DNA of 64,000 nt. Source: Blasia pusilla. Lineage: Eukaryota. The DNA is taken from contig CM114271.1 of NCBI GenBank assembly GCA_050084515.1, positions 16,616,001-16,680,000 of the forward strand. Direction: 5' to 3'. This document shows positions 25,925 through 37,999 of the stretch, in pieces. How positions within the stretch are numbered: position 1 is the stretch's first letter; each line of letters opens with the position of its first letter. A program made the position numbers and the translations under genes. The notes under the pieces were generated by a model. It saw only the letters and a program-made list of their open reading frames with translations. It was not told where the DNA came from and did no database searches.

Positions 25925-27639
25925 TGATGTCGCACCGTCGTGCGTCCACGTTTCTGGCTGTTCGTGGATGTGACATTGCCTTCCTACCAATTTTTGGTCT
26001 CCGATCGGAGAATCGGAGAAGAATCACTGCTCTCCAGTGCATTCTTTCAGGGATGTTTCGCCTCTTTCCGAAGCTTTCGCCCAATCGAAGAGTCTGGTTT
26101 GCCTTGTGAGCCAAGAGCGATGTTGGCCAGTGGCCCAAATTAGGGCGGCAGGCCGAGATTTTGTAGTTTTGTACTCTGAATTAGCTTCGTGACATCATCA
26201 TGCCATAGAAGATCAAGCGCAGGTAGAAGATGTTTGCTGTTCGAATGCTTCCGCGCCACCAAAATTTTCTTCCCAAGAGACGTCTTCAATTTACTCCCCT
26301 CCAAAATACATCTATTTATTTTCTGCGATCCAACCAGTTCGGAGCTCCACGATAACGACCTATGCATTATTAAATGGAGAGATTCTGGAACTCCGTCGTC
26401 ACCGACCGATCCCAGGTTTTCACCATCACTGCCTGGTTTCTCCTTTTATGCGAATTATCATCTGTTGTCGACGAGCTATATCTCATTGGGGCAAAGATGA
26501 ATTGCTATGACCTCTAAAACTATAGCAGATATTTTCTTCTAACGTGAAAGCGTGAGGGTATGTGCACGACACAGCAAGAAAACCAGCGTGGGGCGACCTA
26601 TGAGAGAGCTTGGAGAGCCCCATTCATACGAAAAGAATTATGGAAAACTAATTCCTCAAGCACGTCCATCAAGTAAAAATTACTAACCATAATTAACTCG
26701 CCAAGTTTTCAAGACCCAACATGTTCATGAAAGTGTGGAAGATTTTGGGAAATGAAGGGGCACTGGTCTCTAGAGATGGTGAATTGTATGAAAAGCACCG
26801 GGTGGTTGTAGACCCAAATAATAGTAAGAAATTACAAATGAATTGAGGACTATGGAGGAGCATTATGGCAGAGAAATGGAGGGATGTTTGGAATACAATT
26901 TTGCATGGAACTATTTCTATTGGGATATAATCTGTTCACTCTAAGACTCAACATGTTCATCTCTCAAGCTGGAATTTTGGGATCTTTTTTTCATTTCGGA
27001 TGAAGTTTTCCAAAGTTTTTGGGATTTGTGGACCGTCTTTCTCTCCTAAATGTGCTCATATAATCTTAAATGCAATTTCACACATAGCGTTCTTGTTATA
27101 AAGTGAGATTGGGTTACCATCGATTTAAAAGATTCCTCTTACTTTTATCAATTTTTTGATACGGGTTGGGTCCAACATTACAATCTCATTCCCTCATAAT
27201 AGTCATCGATGGATGGCTCATTTTCTCTTCACATCCTCTTCTTTGACGTTTCTAATATCTTTCATAATTTTCTCCTAGAGTGTTGGTTTTGGACATGTTT
27301 GGTCTTGTTTTGATAGTCTTGACAAGCTCTTTCTTTTCATACCAAGTAGGTTTTCTAGTTTTTCTTGTTTCTCCAAGGTGCCTATTTTTGTGTCTAGGTT
27401 TGTTTAGGTCAATTACTCTCAAACGTGTTCCTTGCTTTTTCAACTCTTTACCTTGTTAATTCGCCCTTACATATGTTTGCTATCTCCTTAAAAGCATGAT
27501 AAATTCATATTCTTGAGTAACTTCTTCCGATACCGTATAGATCATTGTTCCTTTTCAAATGCTTTTATATTTCTTAAAATAACTTTCAATCACAAATTCG
27601 TTATTGTCGAATCTTATTTTCTCCATCTAAATTTCCTTT

Positions 27640-30600
27640 GGGCGGATTCCTCTACTTTTGTTTAGTTCCTCACCCTCGTACTTTCTCCAAACCACGTTTC
27701 ATGTCTTCCCTTGTCTTCCATAACTTGCCTACCTTCGCTTCTATGGCATCAGAGGTGGAGTTGGATTCTTCATCTACACTCTTCTCTGGTTTTACACACC
27801 CTCCTATATGTGCAATCTCTTCCCTTAATTCACCTCCTCATCATAGATCTGGCCATTTTCCTCCATATACTAATACACCCATTATACTCGCTATATTTCT
27901 TCCACATTCTTCTCTTCTCCCCTCTTCGTCTCGTCCTATCGAGCCTAATCTTGATCCATTATTACCGAATCCTACTACTTTGCCATCCTCACATATCTCA
28001 TTTGTGCCCTTGCTTCCAACTCCCATCCATTCTATCCATATCTCCCCTCTTCCTTTTCCTCCTTTCCCAACCTACTTACCTCCTCATCGTCGTCCATCAC
28101 CACCTCTTGCCCCTCCCACCTCCTCTCCTTGTAACCCTAAACTTTGCATACCTTGTGGTAAGGAGTTTGCTCTTAATAGGATCAAAAGACATCATTGGTA
28201 CTATCGATCCATGCATGGGCCTTCAAGCCCTAACCCAATACCACCTCCTACTGCACTCCCCACAACAACTGCTTGGACTTGGTTAAGTCAAATTGATCTC
28301 TACGTTCTTTCCATCCAGATGTCCCTCATCCTAGACTCACACTCACATTCCTATTACTCTTCGCCCCATCATCCAACAAGCTTTTTTTTTCCCATTAGAA
28401 AGGTTAGCGCGTGATCCCATGAATATTAATGCTTGGTATCTCCTATTACTCATCCCACAATGGGTTTTAGTCCTGCCTCTAAGGGATGGTGCCACTAGTC
28501 ATCATGAAACCTCCATGCGTATTCAACAATTTATGTCTGGGGATTGGAAGAATCTTCAGAATGAGCATGTACTTCGAGCAAAGGCCTTAGCTGCGACTCA
28601 TCCCACTCAACATGTCAATCATGGAAGGCCTTCAATGATCTACTTTTGGGGCAGTTTGATGAGTTTTCACGTGAAGCTTGAGCATTGGATCCTCTCTCTC
28701 TCCGGCAATTTCAAGTGCAGACACAGTGGCTCTCTTAGAAGCTCATCACCCTCCTTCAAGTGGTGATGCATCACCTTTGTGGAAGACTATACAATGGATC
28801 TTGACATGGAGCTTAAATTGGTGGTTTCACAAGGGCTTTTCTTCATACTCCTCACTTATCAACAAGCAAGCTATCAAGGATCTTTTTTTAGCATCTCCGC
28901 AATTGTTTTATCCTCTCAGATTCAACAAGTGGCTTTGTCTCTCTATATAAGGTGTGTGCATATATTGCAGTATGTTGTCTCCCATTCTCTATCTCTAGGC
29001 TCTTATGGGCTTGTCATTTTTGGTTATGGATAAGCCTCATTCATGTGTCCACCCTTTGGCTATTAGAGTGGTTTTATACCTCTTGGTTAGTTAATCCCTG
29101 TGATTGCAATTTCGTCCCCACTTTAGTGCCCACTTATTTCCTTATCGATTAGGAGTGGCAACTCTTGATAGTTGTAAGGCTATGATGCATGGGATTCGCT
29201 CCACTCTTGATATTCATCTAGAATGGATAGCAATTCAAGTTGATGTGGCTAATGCATTCAATTCAGTTGTTCGTGCGGCTATCTTTGACTAGTTACATTG
29301 TGCAAGAGACAACTAGCGAGTCTCATTCCATTTTTTCGCTCCTTCTATGCGTATGATATGCCCATTATCTATTCTCATCATGCTACTTCCGGGGAATATA
29401 ATATTCTCCAATCGGATTGTGCACGCATCAAGGTGATCCCATGGGTGGCCCTCTCTTTGCCATTGCCCATTTTTGTGCCCTTCGAGCTTTAGTACAAGCA
29501 TTTCCATCTTGTCTTTTCCCTTCTATTGTTGATGACACTCACATTATAGGTCCTCCTTCTAAAGTGGTTCTTGCTTATACCCATTTCATGGAGCAACTCT
29601 CTTTCTTAAACCTTAAAGTCCAACCTAGTAAATATGGAGTATGATCTCGTTCATGCCTTTGCTAAACATTCATCCCACCTACTCTTGATTTTCCCATGTG
29701 CTTTGAAGGGGTTAGGGTTCTTGGGGTCCCAATTGGCTTCATCGACTATGTCTCAAAGTTCTTAGATGAGGCCCTTCTGAAAGACGTGGAATGGCTTCAT
29801 TTGTTACTTCATATGGGGGATCCTCAAGTGGCTTATGGGATTCTCTCCCAATTTTTTCTACGATGTCCTTCTTACCTTCTTTGCATTATCCTCCCACTTC
29901 AAGGTTCTTACATCGGTTGGCCTCTTTTGACGCTTCTATCTTGGCAAATTATGGTCAACTTCTTGCCTCGAATACATTTGAGGGAGAGGATGATGCCTTG
30001 GCTTCACGACAAGCTATCTTGTCTATTTCTTTTGGAGGGTGGGACTTTCCTTCATAGTTGCATCTGCTCCCACTGCCTTTTTAGGGAGTTGGGTGTTGGT
30101 AGCACCGATTATGGCTTCAAGGTTTCTCCAAGGAGATACATCTATCTTGATGGATCATGTCGCCCATGTAGAGGAGGGGGACTTGTTATTTCAACAACAA
30201 CTGAGATATGCCCGAGCTCTTCTTCATTTTGCTACATAAGCAATTCTACCCATTTTCAGTCAATTGATTACTGAAGGGTTTGATCAACTTCAAGATCATA
30301 TCTCCGAGAATTTACACCAAATCAACTTTTCCAGCATTCTCTCTAAGGCATCCTCTGACGCTCATCGAGCTCCTATATGTTCATGTGCGGGTATCAAAGC
30401 GGGGGTGTGGCTTACTGCAAATCCTCTTATTCTTCCATTTTGTCTTCCTTGAGGTATATTCTCGAAAGCTTTATGGTTACGCCTTAGACTTCCATATCCT
30501 TCTTTGTTAGGTGTGCCGAATTTTGTATGCGGGAATCCCATTGATGCCAAGGCTATCCATATTCTCCGATGTGCACATTGTGGAGAACGAACGACCACAC

Positions 30601-31300
30601 ATGATGTCATTAGAGAGGAAGTTGCATCGGTGGCTCGTACTGCATGATACATGGTGTTTAAGAGCAGCTCCATGTCCTACCTTCAACCACACAAGCAACC
30701 TCTCGTCGGAGAGTTGATCTTGTTATGTCTCAAGGTGGATTCTGGACACTAAGTGATATGGTGGTTGCTCATCCAACACGTTCTGACTTGGTGTGTCAAG
30801 CCACACATACCAAAGGTTCGGTGGCCGAAGCTGTAACAAGAATGAAGAAGTTAAGTTATGCTATGAGACGTGTGATTGATGGATTTATTCCTTTTGCAGT
30901 GGAAGTATTCGGTCATTTACATGTGTCTTTTGATTCTTTCCTGAAAACATGTGCTCACCACTCCCTCGAGAATCATCACTTGCCCCTTTTTGTATTCCTT
31001 TTCTCTCTACAGTTACTACTTATTTTTCAGTATTGCATCTCATTGGCCTTACAACATGCACAAGCCTTGGCATTGATACGTCATGCGGAGGTGGTGGGAG
31101 GTCGCTCGCCTCATCATTCGTTCACTTCTGGCCAACCACTAGTGTTCTTGTTAGATTTGTTTCAGGCTATCAATCGTGTAGCTCGTTGAGTTAGTGTTTG
31201 CATCAACTCCTTGACATTTTCTTTTTGCATTCCGTTATGCATTTTTTTACTCCTCTTTTGAGATATTATTACTTTTCTTTGTCTTCTTTGAGGTTTATTT
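27640..31300 (+). mobile_element. Decayed non-LTR retrotransposon with RT and restriction-like endonuclease (CRE-like)
   Basis: N-terminal CxxC...H finger. RT motifs DVANAFNSV, QGDPMGG and IVDD. C-terminal HILRC...THD zinc knuckle, RRVDL...D, FIPFAVEVFG. Many stops and frameshifts; ends approximate. Confidence 0.8.
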
Positions 31301-32659
31301 TTATAATAAAGTGGATATTTTTTTAACACGCATTGCATGAAAGAATTTGAAATAACACACTTGTGACACTAAGAAGATCATGAGATACCACACATACGAG
31401 CGTAGGTTGTATGCAAGAATTGTAGACAAAGTTGCTTGAAAGGCATAATTATTATTAGAACATTAGCAATAGGTTCATAGGAAACCAAACCTTTGAATGC
31501 TATGAACTTGGTGCATTTCCATGATAATTAATATTTTAAAAAAATTAATCCTTAAATTTGTTTTTTCAATCTTTAAATTGAAATATTTTTAAAAAAATCA
31601 AATACAAATCTTCTCAAAATAATCCATACTTTCAATTTTGGTATGGAATTCCCATGCTTTATGCTTTATCATGTTGTGATAGAAAATCTACAAAGTTAGA
31701 AGCATTTCACCTTATCTTAAGAAATAATTCCCAGAAAATCCTCTTCCTAATTTAGTCTCTCAAATTTTCTAGTTTGGAGGATGAAAATTTTTGTTTATTG
31801 GATGAAACTTGATTAAAAGTGGAAAAATTATAATAAGGAACCATTGACTAACTACTCTTCTTCCTTTATTGTCATAGATAAATCAAATGGATATTACTAA
31901 ACACTCATCCCTTGTGATTGTAGACTCACTCATGCTATTGACAAGCTTATTGACTCTTACTTCATATAATTTAAGGCAACTTATGGAGAAAACACAGGTA
32001 TTTAACCAACCCAAAATCATTTGTTAGTTTTAAGGAGTTTGGACTAGACATGCAATCACTTGGTTTATGTTTCTTTCTTCAAACATGCTAAGTGCCTTTT
32101 GGCCTTAACCATAGCCATACCCGGCCATAGATGTGATGTTAACCAAAGAAATTTCTAGAAGTAATGTTCTTAGGTACAATTCTCTAAGAAAATCGAATGG
32201 TGCTTCTTAAGTTTTCCAACACTCAACGAGTGTGCTTTCAAAGAAGTCCCCCTATGCTTGATCATAGTACCACATCATGACATGAACTAATCATGAGCTT
32301 GTTAGATGATGAGTTGAATGAGTGTATTAGAGGGCATTAAATTTTATATGGATTGGATTTAGGATGGTTGAACTGATTTGAACTTTTAGAGTATGCTTGT
32401 GCAAGATTTTTTTGAAAGGGGAAGATTTAAATAAACTTTAGACATAGCAGTTGACATAAACTCTCAATTATTGCGGGTGCATGGCACTTTCTAATGGGTG
32501 TGGTTACTAATCTAGCTACTCACAGTATCCCTAAAGTGGTTAGAGAAACCATTGCCACCTAAACCGTAAGTGGTTTTTCATTGTAGATTTCTTTAAAACT
32601 AGGAAAATTAATTCATTTGAAAAACAATGAAGAAAAGTGGAGAAACACAACCCCAGACA

Positions 32660-33035
32660 TCTATATCTATAACATTATTGGAGAGTGCTTTCTTGATTTG
32701 CAAACACCTCTTTGGTTGACATGTGGCAATCGGGCAGCCAAAAAATGTTTGCCCCTCTACAGGCAACAAGAAAACGATTTTCCTCCACTCTTGTGCATGG
32801 CACAGGTTACCCACTAGCATATTATGAATGATGGGAAAATGCTTTCATTTTGCAAACACGTCTATGTTTGACACATGGGAATTGGGCATCAAAAATGTTT
32901 CCACAATTCTATAAACAACGAGAAAAAAAATTGAATTTATAAGAACATCATTAATCATCTTCTTTCCCAAGCACTAACGGAACCTCTTCAAACACTTTTT
33001 TAATTCCCGTAAAGCGCACGAGGTACTCCTTTCAA
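32660..33035 (+). mobile_element. Tandem non-autonomous mini-Helitron units
   Basis: Starts TCTATA; subterminal GTGCATGGCAC hairpin and CTAG at 32817, then a second related unit. Confidence 0.6.
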
Positions 33036-33036
33036 G

Positions 33037-33340
33037 TTAGGATGATTATCTTCCATATTTATGGTGGACCACCATATCATTCATGGAGACCGGATCATTC
33101 CTTATGCTTGCGTTGAGGACCTGATAGTAAGGTTAGAAATCAACCTTCTTCCATATTCAAGTAATTACACTCCACTCAGTGCAACCCTCTCCTAAGATAG
33201 GATGATTGTCATCCATATTTATGGTGGACCACCAGATAACTCATGATGCTTGCGTTGAGGATGTGGTAGTAGGGTTACAAACCAACTTTCTTCCGTATAC
33301 AAGAATTTTACACTAGACTCGGTCCGACCCTTCTCCTAAG
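33037..33340. repeat. Two diverged tandem copies of a ~150-bp unit
   Basis: taggatgatt...ccatatttatggtggaccacca...tgcttgcgttgagga...ctcctaag occurs twice. Confidence 0.8.
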
Positions 33341-33835
33341 GTTCTCAACAGGAACGAAAGGCCTCTCTCCTCACGGACCTTACATGGGCTTCATCTGGGT
33401 GAAGTCAGACTACGCATCAGGGGCTCATGGGTTTAGGCTACTTGACGAAATGGGCTTCCTCATTGTGACCTAATGTTCGCCTTACCAATTTGCGTGTGGA
33501 GTTGAGCAATCTCATTTTTCTACGAGATACATCCCTGAGTTATCACATAGATGCAGGTCAATCGCGCCGAGACTTGTATCTCTGCTGAAACCCAGCCGTG
33601 CATTAGCCTTCAAGCACACAGCCACACTAAAATTTTGTTTGTCTCAGGCCTGTAGGCCATTGGAGAAGGTTCATGGTTCAGACCGTAGAAGAAGGTTGGT
33701 TCATGGTCTCAGGATGGAGTAAGACCGTAGACCAGACTTTGAATGCACACCGTGCACTGAGTAACGGCCTCAATTCCATCTTCTCTACTAGCCAATTTTT
33801 AGTCACTCTCGAAGTTCCCATCTAGTAGTAATTTT

Positions 33836-33893
33836 TTTCTGGGATGGGTTTCAGGTGGCACGACTTCGTGCCACCTGAAACCCATCCCAGAAA
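33836..33893. repeat. Perfect 28-bp inverted repeat with 2-nt spacer
   Basis: tttctgggatgggtttcaggtggcacga-ct-tcgtgccacctgaaacccatcccagaaa. Confidence 0.95.
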
Positions 33894-34456
33894 TGGGATG
33901 ATGTCCCATTTATGGTATCTCATATTGATTTCATACCGTCCACTTATTAGAGTATTGGAGTACTACAATCTCCCAACCAATCCATCATTTCATCAGACCA
34001 CCTTCACGCGAACTTAAGCATTGTTTCTTGTCTCGTAAGTGAATGGAAACCATCCAAAAACTGCGCCATATTTTTCACCCAGTTGGGTGATATGTGAACT
34101 GTCCCATTGTAAAACTCAACTCGAAAGTATCATTAATGCGAGAAATTTTCCCATTCGATTCCAGTCTGGTCGCTCATCAAGACCAGACTGCAAGATGATC
34201 ACCATCTAAGAGTTTCAGAACTCGAGATCTTATGTTGCTCGGTAATGACAATCACGAAGGAGCGAGCGTTGCATAAGGTAGCACCAGAGAAAGTAAGTCT
34301 CTTCATATACGGCTTAAGACTGATCGGATGATCAGCTCCTTCATTCCTCTCCAGTGATACAGCAAAAAAGATTCTGATGTTGATAACTAGACCCGGATAG
34401 CATCGTCTACAAAACCTGTGTGGTAGGCGACCAGGGACAGTAAACGTAAAACAAAA

Positions 34457-35810
34457 TTACACCTTGAAACCTCTGCTGTTTCTGCGACCTCGGGCTTTCT
34501 CGAATTTGCGTCCTTTGTGGCGGACGTATGGCTTGGTGTGGCTGTGTGGCACTCCGGGTGCCCTTCCAAAATGCTTCACGGCCTCCCTCGAGTTCTTAGG
34601 TCCTCGCAACAACACCTGGGGAACGGAAATCATAAGAGTCAAAGACTGGCTCCTGAAGTTAATGAGCTGGGACGCAACGGTGAATCCATACAATTCCCAC
34701 GTCCCCACGCACGAAGGAAGCACCAAACGGAATGTTGGCAAATACTCACAGTGTTAGCTCCAGTGGGGGCGCGAAGGGCAAGTTCATCGAAGGTCAGGAC
34801 TTCTCCACCATTCTTCAGAATGCGAGCACGGGCAGTTTCCGTGAAACGCAAAGCCACAACCTTGAGAGCTGGCAATTCGTAGAGTCTGACGTCGTCGGTG
34901 ACAGTGCCAACGATGACGGCAAGCTTGTCTTCCTGCGATGAAACTAATCGCTTTCAGGAACACTACACATGGGCACAACACCTCGGACGAAAATGTCTTC
35001 TTCTAAAATAGCTGCTGCCCCAATTTTCTGGCTCCACGGCCCGCATTTAACTCGTGAGGAAAACTTACAGGGACATTCATACGACAAAAACTGAGAGACA
35101 CATATCGATGATCACCTTGCCCTTCATGTATCGAACCAGACGGGACAACGACAGCGGAGGCCTGTTAATCTTGCTCATAAACAGCCTCTTGAGAATAACG
35201 GCATTGAAGGGAGCATCGGTTCGTCTGACCAGGAACCGGTAAAGCTGCGACGCCATGGGAAATCGGGTTAAGATTCAATTAAGGACATCGGTACGCCTGA
35301 CAATGCTCCAATTCCTCGGATACCAAATGCCTAAAGCCCGCAAATTATTTTTGAAAGGGAATGATCCACCGAGTACAGCGAACTCGCTTTTCCTACCCAA
35401 GAGGCATACCTTCACCAGAAGCTTCAAGTAGACGTTATCACTCTTAGGCGCTGTACGTTTGGTCTTCTTGTTACGCCCTCCGGCTTTCAAATCGATACCC
35501 TGAAGACCGAGACAAATCAGAACGACACGGACGACCACGCCTCTCCCGCAAGAAAAGCAAAACCCTGAAACAGTTGAAGACCTCTACCCAACCCGACGAC
35601 CGGGCGCTCATCGGAAAACCCTCTCTTCCGACCAATTCCATCCCATCTCCTTTGCCATCACTCACCATCGCCTACCGCCACGGGACAAGAATTGACACAC
35701 AAATCAAACCACGACGAGGAGTCCACAAAAATCCACGAGAAACGGCAGGTCACATTCCACGGATGCAAGCGAGGGAAGGCAAGAACGATGAACATCGGAG
35801 CACTCACCAT
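34457..35810 (-). CDS. RPL18: 60S ribosomal protein L18 (eL18), 5 coding exons, 187 aa
   Basis: Exons 35808-35810, 35410-35499, 35116-35244, 34750-34932 and 34457-34615 join in frame: [13 protein letters not shown]...RRNSRGFKV. Confidence 0.96.
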
Positions 35811-35917
35811 GGCGGCCGCAGCGTGGAGGAGAGCACAGAGGAACCTGCGAGATGTACAAAGAAAAGAGAGAAAACAGTGTGAGGGCCTGAGTGAAAAAGG
35901 AAGCGAGAGGTTGGCGT

Positions 35918-36001
35918 GCCCTAACCCTAATTCGACCTCCTACTCCCGGGCTGCCCTTGCCGTGACTTCCAATACTGTCAACTAACCACAGGTTAAGCCC
36001 A
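35918..36001 (-). promoter_or_regulatory. Telo-box-like and site II elements upstream of RPL18
   Basis: CCCTAACCCTAA and AGCCCA, motifs typical of plant ribosomal protein promoters. Confidence 0.55.
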
Positions 36002-36807
36002 TTTTACTTTAGGGGTGTGCAAGTTTCGCTCTTTCATAAAAGAACGCTCCAACCGCTCGGCCTAATTAGGGACGCCGGCGGCTATGGGTTAGTTTAGAAC
36101 GAATCTGTTTTTTAATTTGTCGTTCATATTACCAAAATAATTTTTGGTAATATTTTCCTTTTATTTTCGATTATAGGAACCAATACATGATTCCTATAAT
36201 CTTGGGAATCCCGAAGGTATGACGAGAGGAAAAATAATAACACGTACTAGTTTGTAGGTGTGTCATGCATATATGTATAATTTTGAATTACTCTAATCTA
36301 AATGTATAATTGAAATTGAGTTATTCTTTGGGATTGCTAGTTTCTAAATGTGTTATGCAAGAACATGTGCCAAAAGGAAAAGTAATCTCAAAATGAAAAG
36401 GTATTTTCCACTAATACTCTCAGTGTGTTATTAAATAATTAATGTTTTTATGTTAAAAAAATGGTTTCGAGAATTTTGGAAAACGATAATTAGACTTTGA
36501 AATTTAAGGTAAGAAGTGAAACTTTCCATACGACCTAAAATACATTTGCCATGATTCGTACAGAATCTTAAGACATTCTCACTAATTATTATAGATAGAT
36601 TGTGGGCATCATACTTATCAAATATAATGAAATTTTATCCTAAATATTTTTTAGAGAATATAAATATTTTAAAGACTAGTTTGAAAGGGGAGAATTCATA
36701 CCAAGCCATTATGCTATCACGATCATAGGCCCACACTACATTGGAATAATTGCGCAGTGGTTGATCATGAAAAAAGTAGACAATTTCATGAGATTTTTTT
36801 TTACTAA

Positions 36808-37022
36808 TCTATATTATTATAGGAGAGTGCCTTTTTTATTTGCAAACATCTCTATGTTTGACACGTGGCAATTGGGCAGCAAGAAAATGTTTTCCATGCT
36901 ACAGTAAACAAACAAAAAAATGAATGTATGTGCATCATCATTAATTTCTTTCCTTAACGGGCTATACACTAGCTCTTCAAACACTTTTTTATTTCCCGTG
37001 CGTGACACGAACACCTTACTAG
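36808..37022 (+). mobile_element. Non-autonomous mini-Helitron
   Basis: A|TC start, CGTGCGTGACACG hairpin, CTAG|T end. Homologous to the 32660 and 55091 units. Confidence 0.7.
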
Positions 37023-37530
37023 TTTATCAAATATATCCATACATTTAATAACTAGACACATATAAGTTGTAGAATTTTCAATATAATTTGCATTACATCA
37101 CAAGAATGAAAAAGTCATCACAAATCAAAGAATGTGTAAGAGTAGTTGGATCCAAGATGCAACAAAACCAAATGAATAAAGCGCATGGCTCTCCATCGAC
37201 ACATATATTATTGCAAATAGGACTTTTAACAAGGTCGCCCAAGGTGAAAATCCACGTAGAAATTACTTTGGTCGTTCTTCAAAGTAAAAAATAATCATCG
37301 ACAAGAAAGGGATAACACTATCCTATATTATATTAAAAATTCACACATAAAGATAGAAAGTTAAATGAGAAAATCCTTTGATTTTCCAAATGTCAATAAC
37401 AAATCAAAATGCAACAAGGTAAACTATGATAACAACATTTCCAACCTAAATTCAATTGATAACAAGTAAGATCTTTATTGCCATCCAATAATATTACCAC
37501 AAATTGATAAAAATATAGTCGTGACTTTAA

Positions 37531-37706
37531 TCTATATAATAATTGGAGGATGCAGTTTTAGGAAGTTGCTCCTCTATTTGACATGTGTCACTTAACTTCT
37601 TTTAAATTTACCTTTGTCACCTTAACGGGGTCTGAAAATTGGTAAAGAAAGTTAAGCTATTAATTAGGGGATGTGCATCTCATAGTCCTTTGCAGGTCCT
37701 AACTAG
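37531..37706 (+). mobile_element. Diverged mini-Helitron
   Basis: A|TCTATATAAT start, TTTGACATGTG core, CTAG|T end. Confidence 0.5.
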
Positions 37707-37999
37707 TAGGGCAAATATTGATATCGAAATGAAGGGACTTGTTGAGGCTATAATTATTCGATAATCCTTACTTATTTAATAAGATGCGTCTATATATTAT
37801 TAAACAAGTAAGGATTATGGACAAAAAATCTTTAAAAAATAAGGATCATCGAATATATATATATTTCCTATATAATTTTAAAATATCTTAAAATATTTTA
37901 GTGAAATTATCTAGAAAAAAAAAGTGAAATAATGAAATCTAAAAAAATTGACAAGAAAATCTAGAAAAAAAAATAGATTTTAGAATTTGAAAAAAAAAG

